A stretch of 64,000 bases of DNA from an archaeon GW2011_AR20 (GTDB lineage: Archaea; Nanobdellota; Nanobdellia; SCGC-AAA011-G17; GW2011-AR20), in contig CP010426.1 in assembly GCA_000830315.1 (NCBI GenBank), forward strand, positions 588,663 through 652,662, written 5' to 3'. Under the pieces are notes generated by a model. That model saw nothing but the letters and a program-made list of their open reading frames with translations, was not told where the DNA came from and searched no databases. Each line of letters starts with the position of its first letter. Position 1 is the first letter of the stretch. The translations under genes and the position numbers were made by a program. This document shows positions 10,103-20,710 of this stretch, piece after piece.

Positions 10103-11767
10103 ATGGATGCATTCAAGCAGCATATTGTAAAATTACTTAAAAAAAATACCCAAATAAATGAGGACGAAATTTCTACGTTGTTGGAGGTTCCACCAAATCC
10201 AAATTTTGGGGACTATTCTTTTCCATGTTTCCTGCTTGCACAAAATTTAAAGCAAAACCCAGTTGAAGTTGCAAGTAATTTGAGCAAGTATTTTCTTAAA
10301 GATGAATTTATTTCAAGAGTAGAGTGCAAGGGGGCTTATCTCAATTTTTTCATTAACCAGGCCAAATTAAATGAGGTTACTGTGAAAGAAATCTTAAAAC
10401 TAAAAGAAAGATACGGAAGCATGCATCTTAAAGGGAAAAGGGCATTAATAGAGCATACATCAATAAATCCGAATGCAGAACCCCATGTTGGACGGGCGAG
10501 AAACGCGTTTATCGGGGACGCAATTGTAAGATTAATAAGGTTCAATGGATATAAGACAGAGGTTCATTATTATATTAATGACATCGGAAAGCAGATAGCC
10601 ATGCTGGTTTTGGCTGCAAATGGAAAAAAGCCGAAATTTCATGAATTAATTGATTTGTACATTGAAATAAACAAAAAAATAGAGAAAAACCCAGAAATTG
10701 AAAAGAAAGTCTTTGAATTATTAAATAAGCTTGAAAAGGGAAATAAAAAAGTAAAGAAGCAGTTTAATGACATTGTTAAAATATGTGTTGAAGGACAAAA
10801 CGAAATACTAAATGATCTGGGAATTAAATACGACTTCTTTGATTACGAAAGCAAGTACTTATTCAACAAAGACTGCGAGAACTTGCTGAAGGAATTAGTT
10901 AACACAAAAAAACTATTTACAGACAATGAGCAAAGGCAGGTTCTGGATTTGCGCGAATCTTTGGGAGAAGAGCAGGGATTTTTTGTCTTAACAAGGGCAG
11001 ACGGAACCTCTTTGTATGGATTAAGGGATTTGGCTTATACAATTTACAAGATTAAAAAGGCAAAAGACAGGAATATAGTTGTTCTTGGTGAAGATCAAAA
11101 ATTATACTTTACCCAATTAAGAGCCGCATTGAAATTGTTAAATTACAGGGCGCCTGAAATTGTTCATTATTCTTTTGTTTTATTGCAGGAAGGTAAAATG
11201 TCTACAAGAAAAGGCAATGTTGTTCTATTAAGCGAATTTATGAATGAAGCAGAGAAAAAGGCCCGGGGTGAACTGGATAAAAGAAAAAACCAAGATAAGA
11301 GATTAGCCAAGATAATTGGTTATGGGGCTTTGAAATACTCAGTATTAAAAAATTCTCCTGAAAAAAACGTGATATTTGACTGGGATCAGGCTCTGACGTT
11401 TGACGGAGAAAGTTCCCCATATATACAATACTCATATGCAAGGGCAAGTTCAATATTAAAGAAAGTCAAGATGGATAAAAAGTTTAAATTTGACTTATTA
11501 AATAATAAATATGAGATTGAATTAGTTAAATTATTAAGTAATTTTCCAGGCGTGATTAATAAAGCATCGAGAGATTTAAAGCCAAATTACATTGCGAATT
11601 ATTCATATGACCTTGCCCAGAAATTCAATGAATTTTATCATAATTGTCCTGTGATTAAGGAGAGCGGAGAATTAAGGAATACAAGATTAGCTCTGGTTTT
11701 GGCCTTTACTTATGTTATTCAAACTTCTTTGAATTTACTTGGAATAGAAGCTCCTGAAAAAATGTAG
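10103..11767 (+). CDS. argS: Arginine--tRNA ligase
   Basis: FGDYSFPCF, SINPNAEPHVGRARN (HIGH variant), KMSTRKG, PYIQYSYAR, APEKM end; start placed at MDAF. Confidence 0.96.
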   Translation: MDAFKQHIVKLLKKNTQINEDEISTLLEVPPNPNFGDYSFPCFLLAQNLKQNPVEVASNLSKYFLKDEFISRVECKGAYLNFFINQAKLNEVTVKEILKLKERYGSMHLKGKRALIEHTSINPNAEPHVGRARNAFIGDAIVRLIRFNGYKTEVHYYINDIGKQIAMLVLAANGKKPKFHELIDLYIEINKKIEKNPEIEKKVFELLNKLEKGNKKVKKQFNDIVKICVEGQNEILNDLGIKYDFFDYESKYLFNKDCENLLKELVNTKKLFTDNEQRQVLDLRESLGEEQGFFVLTRADGTSLYGLRDLAYTIYKIKKAKDRNIVVLGEDQKLYFTQLRAALKLLNYRAPEIVHYSFVLLQEGKMSTRKGNVVLLSEFMNEAEKKARGELDKRKNQDKRLAKIIGYGALKYSVLKNSPEKNVIFDWDQALTFDGESSPYIQYSYARASSILKKVKMDKKFKFDLLNNKYEIELVKLLSNFPGVINKASRDLKPNYIANYSYDLAQKFNEFYHNCPVIKESGELRNTRLALVLAFTYVIQTSLNLLGIEAPEKM

Positions 11768-11802
11768 AAAAGTTTAAAATCATTAAAGATTATAAATAAG
11801 AT

Positions 11803-11961
11803 ATGCCAAAAATACTTGAAGGAAAATCTGTTTTATGTTCTTTTGGTATTCATAAATGGAGTAATATAAAAATGCATATGATTGAAAGTTCTAATGTATG
11901 GGATAAGGAAAAATATTGTTTAAAATGTGGTAAATATAAAAGGTGGAGTGTTCTAAGATAA
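11803..11961 (+). CDS. Small 52-aa Cys/His protein (DUF1660-like Zn-binding), not in ORF track
   Basis: MPKILEGKSVLCSFGIHKW...KYCLKCGKYKRWSVLR; TATA upstream; 1 nt before the next start. Confidence 0.6.
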   Translation: MPKILEGKSVLCSFGIHKWSNIKMHMIESSNVWDKEKYCLKCGKYKRWSVLR

Positions 11962-11962
11962 A

Positions 11963-13240
11963 ATGAGTATCCTCTGTGAATATAAAAGTTGTGAAAGAAT
12001 AGTAACTTTACCTCATAAATGTAAATTTTGTCATAAGATTTATTGTAGTAATCATCTATTGCCGGAAGACCATAGTTGTCAAGAATTACTAGGGATTAAA
12101 AGCACCCCTCCACTTTACAGATATCCATTGAAACCAGATGAATCAAAATCACGACAACCCAATTCAGTTAAAATAAAAAAATCCGAAATTCCAAAGAGAA
12201 TAGAAAAATTTAAGTTTTTTTTAAGATCCAATTATTACAAACTTAAAAACCTGAGTTTAAGAAGAAACCATAATAAATATTCTAATTGGGGTTCTTTTTT
12301 TATGAATGTATTGTGGTTATCCTTAATTTCTTTATTATTTGCTATATTCTATTCGAATGCAGAACAATTAAACAGCATAAAAATATTATTTGTACCTCTG
12401 GGTTTAATTTTATTAATTATTTTTGGAGTAGTATGGATAAAATTTCTATTTAAACTCTTAAAAAAGATAAAATATTGGTTTATCGGAGAACGAAATATTG
12501 TCAGATATATTGTATTAATTTTATTAATTATTCTTGCTTGGTATGGTTATGAGAATAGAGACACAATTTTTAATCCATTAATAAGTTCTTATGAATCTAT
12601 TAATTTTACTGAGATAATACCTATAGATTCGAGTATATCTGATAATGATTATAAAACAACAAATTCTAATTCAAATGAGAATATTAATCAAATAAAACAA
12701 GATGTAGAAAATATATTTAAGAACGAACCAGAAAGGAAAGAGGAATGCAAACAAGGTCTTGATTATGTTAATATAGTAAGAAAAAGTTATGGAAAAACTA
12801 CTTTAGAATGGGATGATAATTTATATGATTTAGCAGTATATCGGGCAAAAGATATGTATGATAGAAAATACTTTGATCACACAACCCCCGATGGAGAATG
12901 TACAAAAGATTTTAAAGCTCAATACGGTTTATCTGAATATAGTATTGCAGAAAATATAGGAGCACAAACTTGGAATAGTGATTATTCTATAGGAAATATT
13001 GCTTATGTAGATACTATAAATGTTAAAGAACAGATAGATATTTGGTTGAGTAGTAGGGGGCATAGATATAACCTACTTTATGATGAACATATTAAAGGAG
13101 CAATTGGTTGTTATTATGGGGTATGTGTATTTTTAGGAGCAAATATAAATCCTTACGGCTTGGGTGCTGGAGAGTGCACAACTGGAGAACAAGGTTTAGC
13201 ATATTGGCAAACAGCTGAACAAGCTCAAGGAGAAGTTTAA
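11963..13240 (+). CDS. AN1 zinc finger + transmembrane + CAP/SCP domain protein
   Basis: N-terminal CEYKSC..CKFCHKIYCSNHLLPEDHSC; three hydrophobic helices; CAP motifs RAKDM..YFDH, AENI, WLSSRGHRYNLL. Confidence 0.8.
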   Translation: MSILCEYKSCERIVTLPHKCKFCHKIYCSNHLLPEDHSCQELLGIKSTPPLYRYPLKPDESKSRQPNSVKIKKSEIPKRIEKFKFFLRSNYYKLKNLSLRRNHNKYSNWGSFFMNVLWLSLISLLFAIFYSNAEQLNSIKILFVPLGLILLIIFGVVWIKFLFKLLKKIKYWFIGERNIVRYIVLILLIILAWYGYENRDTIFNPLISSYESINFTEIIPIDSSISDNDYKTTNSNSNENINQIKQDVENIFKNEPERKEECKQGLDYVNIVRKSYGKTTLEWDDNLYDLAVYRAKDMYDRKYFDHTTPDGECTKDFKAQYGLSEYSIAENIGAQTWNSDYSIGNIAYVDTINVKEQIDIWLSSRGHRYNLLYDEHIKGAIGCYYGVCVFLGANINPYGLGAGECTTGEQGLAYWQTAEQAQGEV

Positions 13241-13305
13241 TAAATGTTAAATTTAAATTCTATCTCATTAGTAAAACATTTAAACTTAGTTCTTAATTTA
13301 ATTCT

Positions 13306-14502
13306 ATGATAATTTCAGTATGCGGAAAACCCAGTGTAGGAAAATCAACTTTCTTTAAAGCAGCTACATTAGCAGAGGTTGAAATAGCCCCGCATCCATT
13401 TACAACAATTAAATCGCAGGAAGGAATTGCATTTGTCAAGATTCCATGTGCAGATAAAGACTTTAATGTTCAATGTAATCCAAGATATGGCTATTGCATA
13501 AACCATAATCGTTTTGTTCCAATAAAATTATTTGATATCCCTGGTTTAATAGAAAATGCCCATTTAGGAGAAGGGTTGGGACTGGAATTTTTAAATGATA
13601 TAAGAGAAGCAGATGCATTAATACATATCATTGATATTTCAGGAAGTACAGATGAAAAAGGAAACCAAGTTCCTCCTTTAAGCCATGATCCAGCAAAGGA
13701 TGTTAAATTTTTGGAAAATGAGCTCGATTACTGGTATTTAAGCGTATTAAAAAAAGGCTGGGAAAAATTCGTCAGAAACCTAAAACAGGAAAATTTGAAT
13801 ATTAAGCAGGCACTGGCAAAACAATTATCGGGGTTAAAAGTAACAGAAGAGATTGTTGAAAGTTCTATTAAAAAATTGAAATTATTGCATCACCCAAGTG
13901 AATGGAGCGAAGATGATCTATTTAATTTAGCAAAGGAATTAAGAAAGATTACAAAGCCAATGATAATTGCAGCTAATAAAATAGATGTAGAAGGAAGCGA
14001 GTTATATTTAGATAAATTAAAAGGAGAATTTCCAGAATATAAAATAATTCCATGTTCTGCAGACTCAGAAATCGCATTGAGGGAAGCTGCAAAACATAAT
14101 TTAATTAAATATGTTCCAGGAGAAAAGGATTTTGAAATTATAGACGAAGATAAACTAACATTAAACCAGTTAAAAGCATTAAGTTATATTAAGGATAATG
14201 TTTTAGAGAAATATGGAACTACAGGTATTCAGGATGTATTAAATTATGCTGTCTTTGAATTATTGAAATATGTTGCAGTATTTCCCGGGGGATTAAACAA
14301 GTTACAGGATTCAGAAGGAAGAGTATTGCCGGATTGTTTTTTGCTTCCTGAAAACTCAACCGCTCTGGATTTTGCATTTAAGCTACATACAGACATCGGA
14401 AATAGTTTTGTTAAGGCGATAAATGTTAGGACAAAGCAAGCCATTGGCAAAGAACATTTGTTAAAGAATTTAGATGTTATTGAGATTAAAACCAGCAAAT
14501 AG
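13306..14502 (+). CDS. ychF: YchF/Ola1-like Obg-family NTPase with TGS domain
   Basis: GKPSVGKST, PFTTI, DIPGL, ANKID, AFKLHTDI. Confidence 0.92.
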   Translation: MIISVCGKPSVGKSTFFKAATLAEVEIAPHPFTTIKSQEGIAFVKIPCADKDFNVQCNPRYGYCINHNRFVPIKLFDIPGLIENAHLGEGLGLEFLNDIREADALIHIIDISGSTDEKGNQVPPLSHDPAKDVKFLENELDYWYLSVLKKGWEKFVRNLKQENLNIKQALAKQLSGLKVTEEIVESSIKKLKLLHHPSEWSEDDLFNLAKELRKITKPMIIAANKIDVEGSELYLDKLKGEFPEYKIIPCSADSEIALREAAKHNLIKYVPGEKDFEIIDEDKLTLNQLKALSYIKDNVLEKYGTTGIQDVLNYAVFELLKYVAVFPGGLNKLQDSEGRVLPDCFLLPENSTALDFAFKLHTDIGNSFVKAINVRTKQAIGKEHLLKNLDVIEIKTSK

Positions 14503-14559
14503 TATTAATTCTAAAATTGTAACAAAATACTTATATATAAATAAGATTAGTTAATATTC

Positions 14560-15261
14560 ATGGAAATTATACTGAATAAAAAGCCGAAAAATCCGAGACT
14601 TATAGAAGGATTTCCGGGATTTGGGTTTGTCAGCACAATTACCACTGAATTTTTAATAGAGCATTTAAACGCCAAACAAATAGGAAGAATAGAAAGCAAT
14701 CATATCATGCCGATGGTTGCAATGCATAATTCAAAATTGGTTGATCCGTTAGGAATTTTCTACGATCCTGCGCATAATCTTGTGATATTTCATGCAATAA
14801 CAAATGTGGCTGGATTAGAATGGGAATTGGCCGAAAAATTAAATGCCTTGGCAAAGGAATTAAAGGTTAAGGAGGTTATTAGCATAGAAGGAGTTGCCAG
14901 CAATAGCGAGGACCCAAGGGCTTTTTTCTACAGCAACATAAGCAAATCAACGGAGTTATTAAAGAAAATCAAGATAGAACCATTGAAAGAAGGAATAATA
15001 ATGGGCGTTACAGGAGCATTATTATTGAAATCAAAACTTCCGATGAGTGCTATTTTTGTCGAAACACATTCGCAATTGCCTGATTCAAGGGCTGCTGCAA
15101 AGGTAATCGAAGTTCTTGATAAATATCTTAATTTGAAAGTTGACTACAAACCATTACTTGAGAAAGCAGAGCAATTTGAATCTAAATTGAAAACACTGAT
15201 GCAGCAGAAAAACAAGGCAGAAGAAGAAAAAGACAAAAAAGAGCTCAGTTATTTTGGATGA
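14560..15261 (+). CDS. PAC2 family proteasome assembly chaperone
   Basis: IEGFPGFGFVSTI, GIIMGVTGALL, PDSRAAA, PLLEKAE. Confidence 0.9.
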   Translation: MEIILNKKPKNPRLIEGFPGFGFVSTITTEFLIEHLNAKQIGRIESNHIMPMVAMHNSKLVDPLGIFYDPAHNLVIFHAITNVAGLEWELAEKLNALAKELKVKEVISIEGVASNSEDPRAFFYSNISKSTELLKKIKIEPLKEGIIMGVTGALLLKSKLPMSAIFVETHSQLPDSRAAAKVIEVLDKYLNLKVDYKPLLEKAEQFESKLKTLMQQKNKAEEEKDKKELSYFG

Positions 15262-15583
15262 AATGGATTTAAGCAGAAAGAAATGTGTTGCATGCGAAGG
15301 CTGGATGAAGCCAATGCCTATGTTCTTAGTTAAAAAATACTTAAAAAAAGTTAAAAATTGGAAATTAAAAAAAAGAAAATTATACAAGGAATTTAAATTT
15401 AGGGATTTCAAAACAACATTAAAGTTTGTTAATAAAATCGGGTCAATAGCAGAGAAGGAAGGCCATCATCCAGATATTTATTTTACATGGGGCAAGTGCA
15501 GCATTGAGCTTTACACCCATGCTATAAAAGGATTAAGCGAGAATGATTTTATCTTGGCAGCCAAAATTAATAAGATTAAATAA
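15254..15583 (+). CDS. phhB: Pterin-4a-carbinolamine dehydratase
   Basis: AEKEGHHPDI, YTHAIKGLSENDFILAAKI. Confidence 0.93.
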   Translation: MDEMDLSRKKCVACEGWMKPMPMFLVKKYLKKVKNWKLKKRKLYKEFKFRDFKTTLKFVNKIGSIAEKEGHHPDIYFTWGKCSIELYTHAIKGLSENDFILAAKINKIK

Positions 15584-15584
15584 T

Positions 15585-16139
15585 TTATTTCTTAGAGTTC
15601 CTTAATAATCTGGCAGCAATAACCGCACTTATTAAATGGAATGCAGCCATAATGATGAATAACAGCTTAAAGCCAAAATAGCTTACAATCATTCCTCCTA
15701 AAAATGCCGCAATCGAGATAGCCAATCCTGTTCCCATGTTCCAATAGCTCCATTCGCTGCTTTCTTTTCCCTTATCCAATGCCAATGAATAAAGGGCTTC
15801 CCATGCAGGCGCTACTATCGCAACACCAATTCCCATCAAAATTTGCACTAAATATAAATGCAATGCTCTTTGAACAAATAAGAATAATAAATTACCAATT
15901 ATGAGGATTAAATACCCGATAAAGACTGTTTCTTCTTTATTAAATTTCGTATCTTCTAATTTGCCAATGAATGTTGTAAGCAATGCGAACACAGCTGTAT
16001 AAATTGCAAATGAAATGCTCGCAACCATGACATTTCCCCCGATATTCTGCACAAACAATGCATAAATTGGCCCAAGTAAGCCAGAAGAAAAATTACCGAA
16101 GACACTTGCATACAATAATAGCTTTAATTTGATATTCAT
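15585..16139 (-). CDS. Half-size (6-TM) MFS-type membrane protein
   Basis: Six hydrophobic helices, GKLED motif-A-like loop. Confidence 0.75.
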   Translation of the reverse strand: MNIKLKLLLYASVFGNFSSGLLGPIYALFVQNIGGNVMVASISFAIYTAVFALLTTFIGKLEDTKFNKEETVFIGYLILIIGNLLFLFVQRALHLYLVQILMGIGVAIVAPAWEALYSLALDKGKESSEWSYWNMGTGLAISIAAFLGGMIVSYFGFKLLFIIMAAFHLISAVIAARLLRNSKK

Positions 16140-16242
16140 TCAATATTTATACAAAGTTTTCATTTAAATAAATTACCATAACATAATTATCATTTTAAAG
16201 TGATACATAAACTATTTATAACGTGCTAATAGTTTAATTCTG

Positions 16243-18831
16243 ATGAAAACCAAAGAGCATAAACCCGGCATGGAGTTGGTTAAAAAATATGAAAAAAGAC
16301 TTCAGTTAATAAGGGATGAGAGCTCTAAAATTATTGTCGGCCAGGAGCAGGTGATTAATTCTTTATTGCGCGCTTTATTATGCGATGGTCATGTTTTACT
16401 TGAGGGAATCCCAGGAATTGCAAAGACGTTAATCGTACGTACGTTAGCTAAAGTTACAGGATGCGATTACTCAAGAATACAGTTTACAGCTGATTTACTG
16501 CCGACAGATCTGGTTGGATTAACAACTTATATCAAGGAAAAAAATGAATTTCGGGTAAACAAGGGTCCTGTATTTGCAAATTTTGTAATAGCAGATGAAA
16601 TAAACAGGAGTCCTCCAAAATGCGTTTTAGGGGATACAGAAATTTTAACAGCGAACGGGTCTTTAATTAATATTGAGAACATATTCAGCGAATATAGGGG
16701 AGATTTAGCTTCAAGGGAAGATAATGAAGAATTTTACACCTTAAATAAAGAGATTTATATAATGTCTTTTGACCCCAAAGATAAGAAAATAAAACCTAAA
16801 AAAGTTAAATATCTTTATAGACAATTAACCAACCAGCCTTATTATGAAATTATATTAAAATCCGGCAGAAGCATTAAAACCTCGAATATACACCCTTTCT
16901 TTAGTATAAAAGACGGATATATTTATAATTTGAGGGCTAATGAGTTAAAAATTAATGATTGCGTTTTGACTCCAAAAAACATTAGATTGGAAACTAATGA
17001 TAAGATAGAGTATAACGAGGGGGTGATGAAAGAGGTTAAGGTTGCCAAAGAAGAAATTTTTAAAAGGCAGAAGCTATACAATGAAGTTCAAAAATTAAAG
17101 AATAAAAAAATAAATTATATAAAGAATACCCTCGGTTTAGATAACAAATATGCTAATCTAGCTAAGTCATACCTTAAAAGAAAACCCAAGTACATTGATA
17201 TGAAAACAGATGAAAACTCTTTTATAATGTTGCCAAAAAATTATGGTGTTATAAATAAAATTAATATGCCTTCAGAAACTAATAAAGAGCTCATGCACTT
17301 CTTTGCTTTATTGATTTCAGAGGGAAATCAAAAAAATGGAAAATTTTATTTGTCGATGAGGGATAAAAATTTAGTTGAGTATTTTATAAAATTATTAAAA
17401 GAATTATTTAATATAAATACAAGATATTACATCGACAAAAGAAATGGCCAGTATAGGGTATCCTTAAGTTCCAAGCCATTAGAGAAATTAATTTATGCAA
17501 TGAATTATAAAATTAATTCAAATGCCAAAAATAAAGATATTCCAAATTTTATCATGAAAGCGAGTAATGAAAATGTTAAGGAATTTTTAAAAATGTATTA
17601 TGAAGGTGATGGCGGTGTTAGCAGGGATTGCGTAAAAGTCACAAGCAAAAGCAAAATGGTAGCAAATAAACTTAGCTATTTATTGCTAAGATTTGGTTTA
17701 ATAGCCAGAATAAGTTATGAATACAGCAAAAACAATGAAGGGTTTGGTGATTATTATTATAACCTGAGGTTTTACGGGAATGACTTAAATCTTTTTAGAG
17801 AAAAAATGGGGTTTATTTCTGAGGATAAAAATAGCAAACTAGAACAATGCTGCGGGAATGTATCCCTAAATAAAAATGATACTATCCCATTTATCCATTC
17901 TAAAATAAGAGAATTGAGAAAAAATAATAATATTACACATAGAGAATTTTATGAAGCAACTAGAATGCATGCTCATAATATTGAAAATCCTAATAACAGA
18001 TTTGGAATAAGTAGGTATTCTCTAAATTTAATTTGTAATTCATTAAATGGTTTTGAAGAGATTAAGGAAATTATTTTGGGAGATTTTTACTGTGATTATG
18101 TTAAATCAATTAATATCATCTATCCGGAAAAAGATTATTACTTATATGACTTTACAATTGAAGATACACATTCTTTTGTAGCGGGTTTTGGAGGAATAAT
18201 TTCACATAATACCCAATCAGCTTTATTAGAGGCAATGCAGGAACGCCAGGTAACTATTGGAACTAAAACTTATCCTTTGCCTGATCCATTTTTTGTCATG
18301 GCAACTCAGAATCCCATTGAAAGCTCAGGTGTTTACCCGTTGCCAGAAGCTCAGATTGACAGGTTTTTATTCAAGACAAAAATTGTTTATCCAAAACTGA
18401 ATGAAGAAAATGAAATTCTTAAGAAAAATATAACATTGCAGAGATTTGAAGAGATTAAACTAGAGAAAGTGACAAATCAAAACGAATTGATTCAGATGCA
18501 GGACTTCGTAAAGAAGATTTACTTGAGCAAGGAAGTTGAGAATTATGTCATCAGATTAGTTGATGCTACAAGAAATCCGGGCAAATATAAGATTAATTCT
18601 GGTAAATATATTGAATGGGGTGCATCTCCAAGAGGAAGCATTGGCTTGTATATAGCGGGAAAGGCAGAAGCATTAATTCAGGGAAGCAATTTTGTTACCC
18701 CCGTTAATATTAAAACTGTTGCGCATGATGTTTTGCGCCACAGGTTATTACTGAATTATGAAGGGCAGGCTGAGAACATAAAAACAGATGATATCATAAC
18801 CGAAGTTTTGGAAAAAGTTCCTATTCCTTAA
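16243..18831 (+). CDS. moxR: MoxR family AAA+ ATPase containing an intein
   Basis: GHVLLEGIPGIAKT, RIQFTADLLPTD, DEINR, QSALLEAMQE, ATQNPIE, PLPEAQIDRF, GASPR. Confidence 0.95.
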   Translation: MKTKEHKPGMELVKKYEKRLQLIRDESSKIIVGQEQVINSLLRALLCDGHVLLEGIPGIAKTLIVRTLAKVTGCDYSRIQFTADLLPTDLVGLTTYIKEKNEFRVNKGPVFANFVIADEINRSPPKCVLGDTEILTANGSLINIENIFSEYRGDLASREDNEEFYTLNKEIYIMSFDPKDKKIKPKKVKYLYRQLTNQPYYEIILKSGRSIKTSNIHPFFSIKDGYIYNLRANELKINDCVLTPKNIRLETNDKIEYNEGVMKEVKVAKEEIFKRQKLYNEVQKLKNKKINYIKNTLGLDNKYANLAKSYLKRKPKYIDMKTDENSFIMLPKNYGVINKINMPSETNKELMHFFALLISEGNQKNGKFYLSMRDKNLVEYFIKLLKELFNINTRYYIDKRNGQYRVSLSSKPLEKLIYAMNYKINSNAKNKDIPNFIMKASNENVKEFLKMYYEGDGGVSRDCVKVTSKSKMVANKLSYLLLRFGLIARISYEYSKNNEGFGDYYYNLRFYGNDLNLFREKMGFISEDKNSKLEQCCGNVSLNKNDTIPFIHSKIRELRKNNNITHREFYEATRMHAHNIENPNNRFGISRYSLNLICNSLNGFEEIKEIILGDFYCDYVKSINIIYPEKDYYLYDFTIEDTHSFVAGFGGIISHNTQSALLEAMQERQVTIGTKTYPLPDPFFVMATQNPIESSGVYPLPEAQIDRFLFKTKIVYPKLNEENEILKKNITLQRFEEIKLEKVTNQNELIQMQDFVKKIYLSKEVENYVIRLVDATRNPGKYKINSGKYIEWGASPRGSIGLYIAGKAEALIQGSNFVTPVNIKTVAHDVLRHRLLLNYEGQAENIKTDDIITEVLEKVPIP
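16621..18210 (+). mobile_element. Intein (530 aa) with LAGLIDADG homing endonuclease, in MoxR
   Basis: Begins CVLGD after DEINRSPPK, ends ISHN before T; block B TSNIHPF; LAGLIDADG-like FALLISEGN and LKMYYEGDG. Confidence 0.93.
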
Positions 18832-18832
18832 A

Positions 18833-19726
18833 ATGCCCAAGAAATTCTTCAAAGTTGATTTAGTGCCTGCATTAAGAAGGCTTGAGATGCTTTCTAAGAG
18901 TTTAACTACATCAAGGGTTGTAGGTGCTTACAGGAGCGTTTTTAAGGGGAAGGGTCTGGAGTTTAGCGGTTATCGCGAGTATACTTCAGAAGACGACGCT
19001 AACTTAATTGACTGGAAAGCTAGTGCAAGAACAAATGAAATCCTGCTTAAGGAATACAGTGAAGAGCGTGAGATAGATGTTTTTTTCCTGATTGATTCAA
19101 GCTCGAATATGCTGTTCGGAAGCACGCAGAAGTTAAAGGCAGAATATATAATTGAGTTAACAGCATCGTTAAGTCATGCTATTTTAGAAGCCGGAGACAA
19201 TGTTGGAATGGCACTTTATACAGACAAGGCCAAGTCACCTTTAATCCCTTCTCGTGGAAAAACTCAATTCTATCAAATTTCAAAAGTTTTACTCAATGTA
19301 GAAAATTACGGCGGCAATTTTGATTTGAAAGATGCGGCCAAATTTATTTTCAATTACCTGAAGAAGAACGCAGTTATAATTATAATTTCTGATCTTCTTG
19401 GCTGGAAAGATGAATGGGAAGATGTAATGGAAACATTAAATACAAGATTTGATGTTATCTGCATAATGGTCCGCGACCCCAGGGATAAGACCTTGCCGGT
19501 TGATGTCGGAGAAGTTGTGATTCAGGATCCTAAAACAGGCAAGACATTATTAATTGAGCCAGAATTAATCAAGCATTCTTACGAAAGTATAGTTAAGGAA
19601 CAGGAGGAAAAAATTAAAAAAACTTTATTTAAGGCAAATGTGGACTTTGTTGATATTACAACAGACGAATCTTTTGTTAAACCAATATTAAACTTATTCT
19701 TGAGGAGAGCGAAAAGATGGCGTTAA
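18833..19726 (+). CDS. DUF58 domain protein (MoxR operon)
   Basis: GKGLEFSGYREY, IDWKASAR, DSSSNMLFG, ISDL. Confidence 0.92.
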   Translation: MPKKFFKVDLVPALRRLEMLSKSLTTSRVVGAYRSVFKGKGLEFSGYREYTSEDDANLIDWKASARTNEILLKEYSEEREIDVFFLIDSSSNMLFGSTQKLKAEYIIELTASLSHAILEAGDNVGMALYTDKAKSPLIPSRGKTQFYQISKVLLNVENYGGNFDLKDAAKFIFNYLKKNAVIIIISDLLGWKDEWEDVMETLNTRFDVICIMVRDPRDKTLPVDVGEVVIQDPKTGKTLLIEPELIKHSYESIVKEQEEKIKKTLFKANVDFVDITTDESFVKPILNLFLRRAKRWR

Positions 19727-20646
19727 CATTCACTGATCCAGAATACTTGTGGTTTTTATTAGTTATCCCATTGCTTGTAATTGCACATTTTGCCAGTTTA
19801 AGATCAACAAAAAGAAAGGCATTGAAATTTGCCAACTTCGAGGCCATAGAAAGGGTAACTGGGGGGGAGATCTTATCAAAGAACCTAAGCTTATTAATTA
19901 TTAGGCTGACGATTGTTGTTTTGTTTGTATTAGCTTTGTCTGGCACAACTTACTGGTACTCTGGCCCAGGAAGCGATTTTGATTTTGTATTGGCAATAGA
20001 TGCCTCGAGCAGCATGCTTTCAGCTGATTTCACCCCAAACAGAATAGAAGCTGCTAAAATAAGGGCAGAAGAATTTATTGATTTGATTTCTCCAAGCAGC
20101 AAAGTAGGAGTGTTAAGTTTTGCAGGTACGTCAATAATAGAACAGAGGCCAACAGAGAGTTTTTCAGAAGTTAAAAAGGCCATAAGAAATATTGAAGCAA
20201 GGAACATTGGGGGAACAGATATCGGGGAAGCGATTGTTACGAGTTCTAATTTATTTACAAATCCTGAAAGGGCAGGGGTAATTGTTTTATTGACAGACGG
20301 GCAGAGCAATGTTGGAGTAAAATTACAGGATGCCTTGGATTACATCAGAGACAAATCAGTCATAATTTACAGCATTGGAATTGCTACTGAAGCAGGGGGC
20401 AGTTATCTTGGAAATGTTTCCCTGAAGCTGGATGAGGAAAATTTAAGGTTAATTGCAGAGAATACAGAAGGAAAATACTTCATAGCAAAGGATGTGCAAT
20501 CTCTGCGTGAAACATACGAGCAAATTGCCAAAATTACAGAGACAAGAATTAAAAGAGAATTGTCCTTAACCTTCTTCGTTATTTCTTTGGTTTTAGTTTT
20601 GATAGAGTGGGTAATGATAAACACGAAATACAGAACAATACCTTAA
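19717..20646 (+). CDS. vWA domain membrane protein (BatA-like)
   Basis: MIDAS DASSSM, GGTDIGEA, LLTDG; terminal TM helices. Confidence 0.92.
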   Translation: MALTFTDPEYLWFLLVIPLLVIAHFASLRSTKRKALKFANFEAIERVTGGEILSKNLSLLIIRLTIVVLFVLALSGTTYWYSGPGSDFDFVLAIDASSSMLSADFTPNRIEAAKIRAEEFIDLISPSSKVGVLSFAGTSIIEQRPTESFSEVKKAIRNIEARNIGGTDIGEAIVTSSNLFTNPERAGVIVLLTDGQSNVGVKLQDALDYIRDKSVIIYSIGIATEAGGSYLGNVSLKLDEENLRLIAENTEGKYFIAKDVQSLRETYEQIAKITETRIKRELSLTFFVISLVLVLIEWVMINTKYRTIP

Positions 20647-20710
20647 CACCCTATATGAAGTAAGGTATAGAAAGGTTTAAATTCTAACTATTCTTATTAG
20701 TTTAAGAGAA

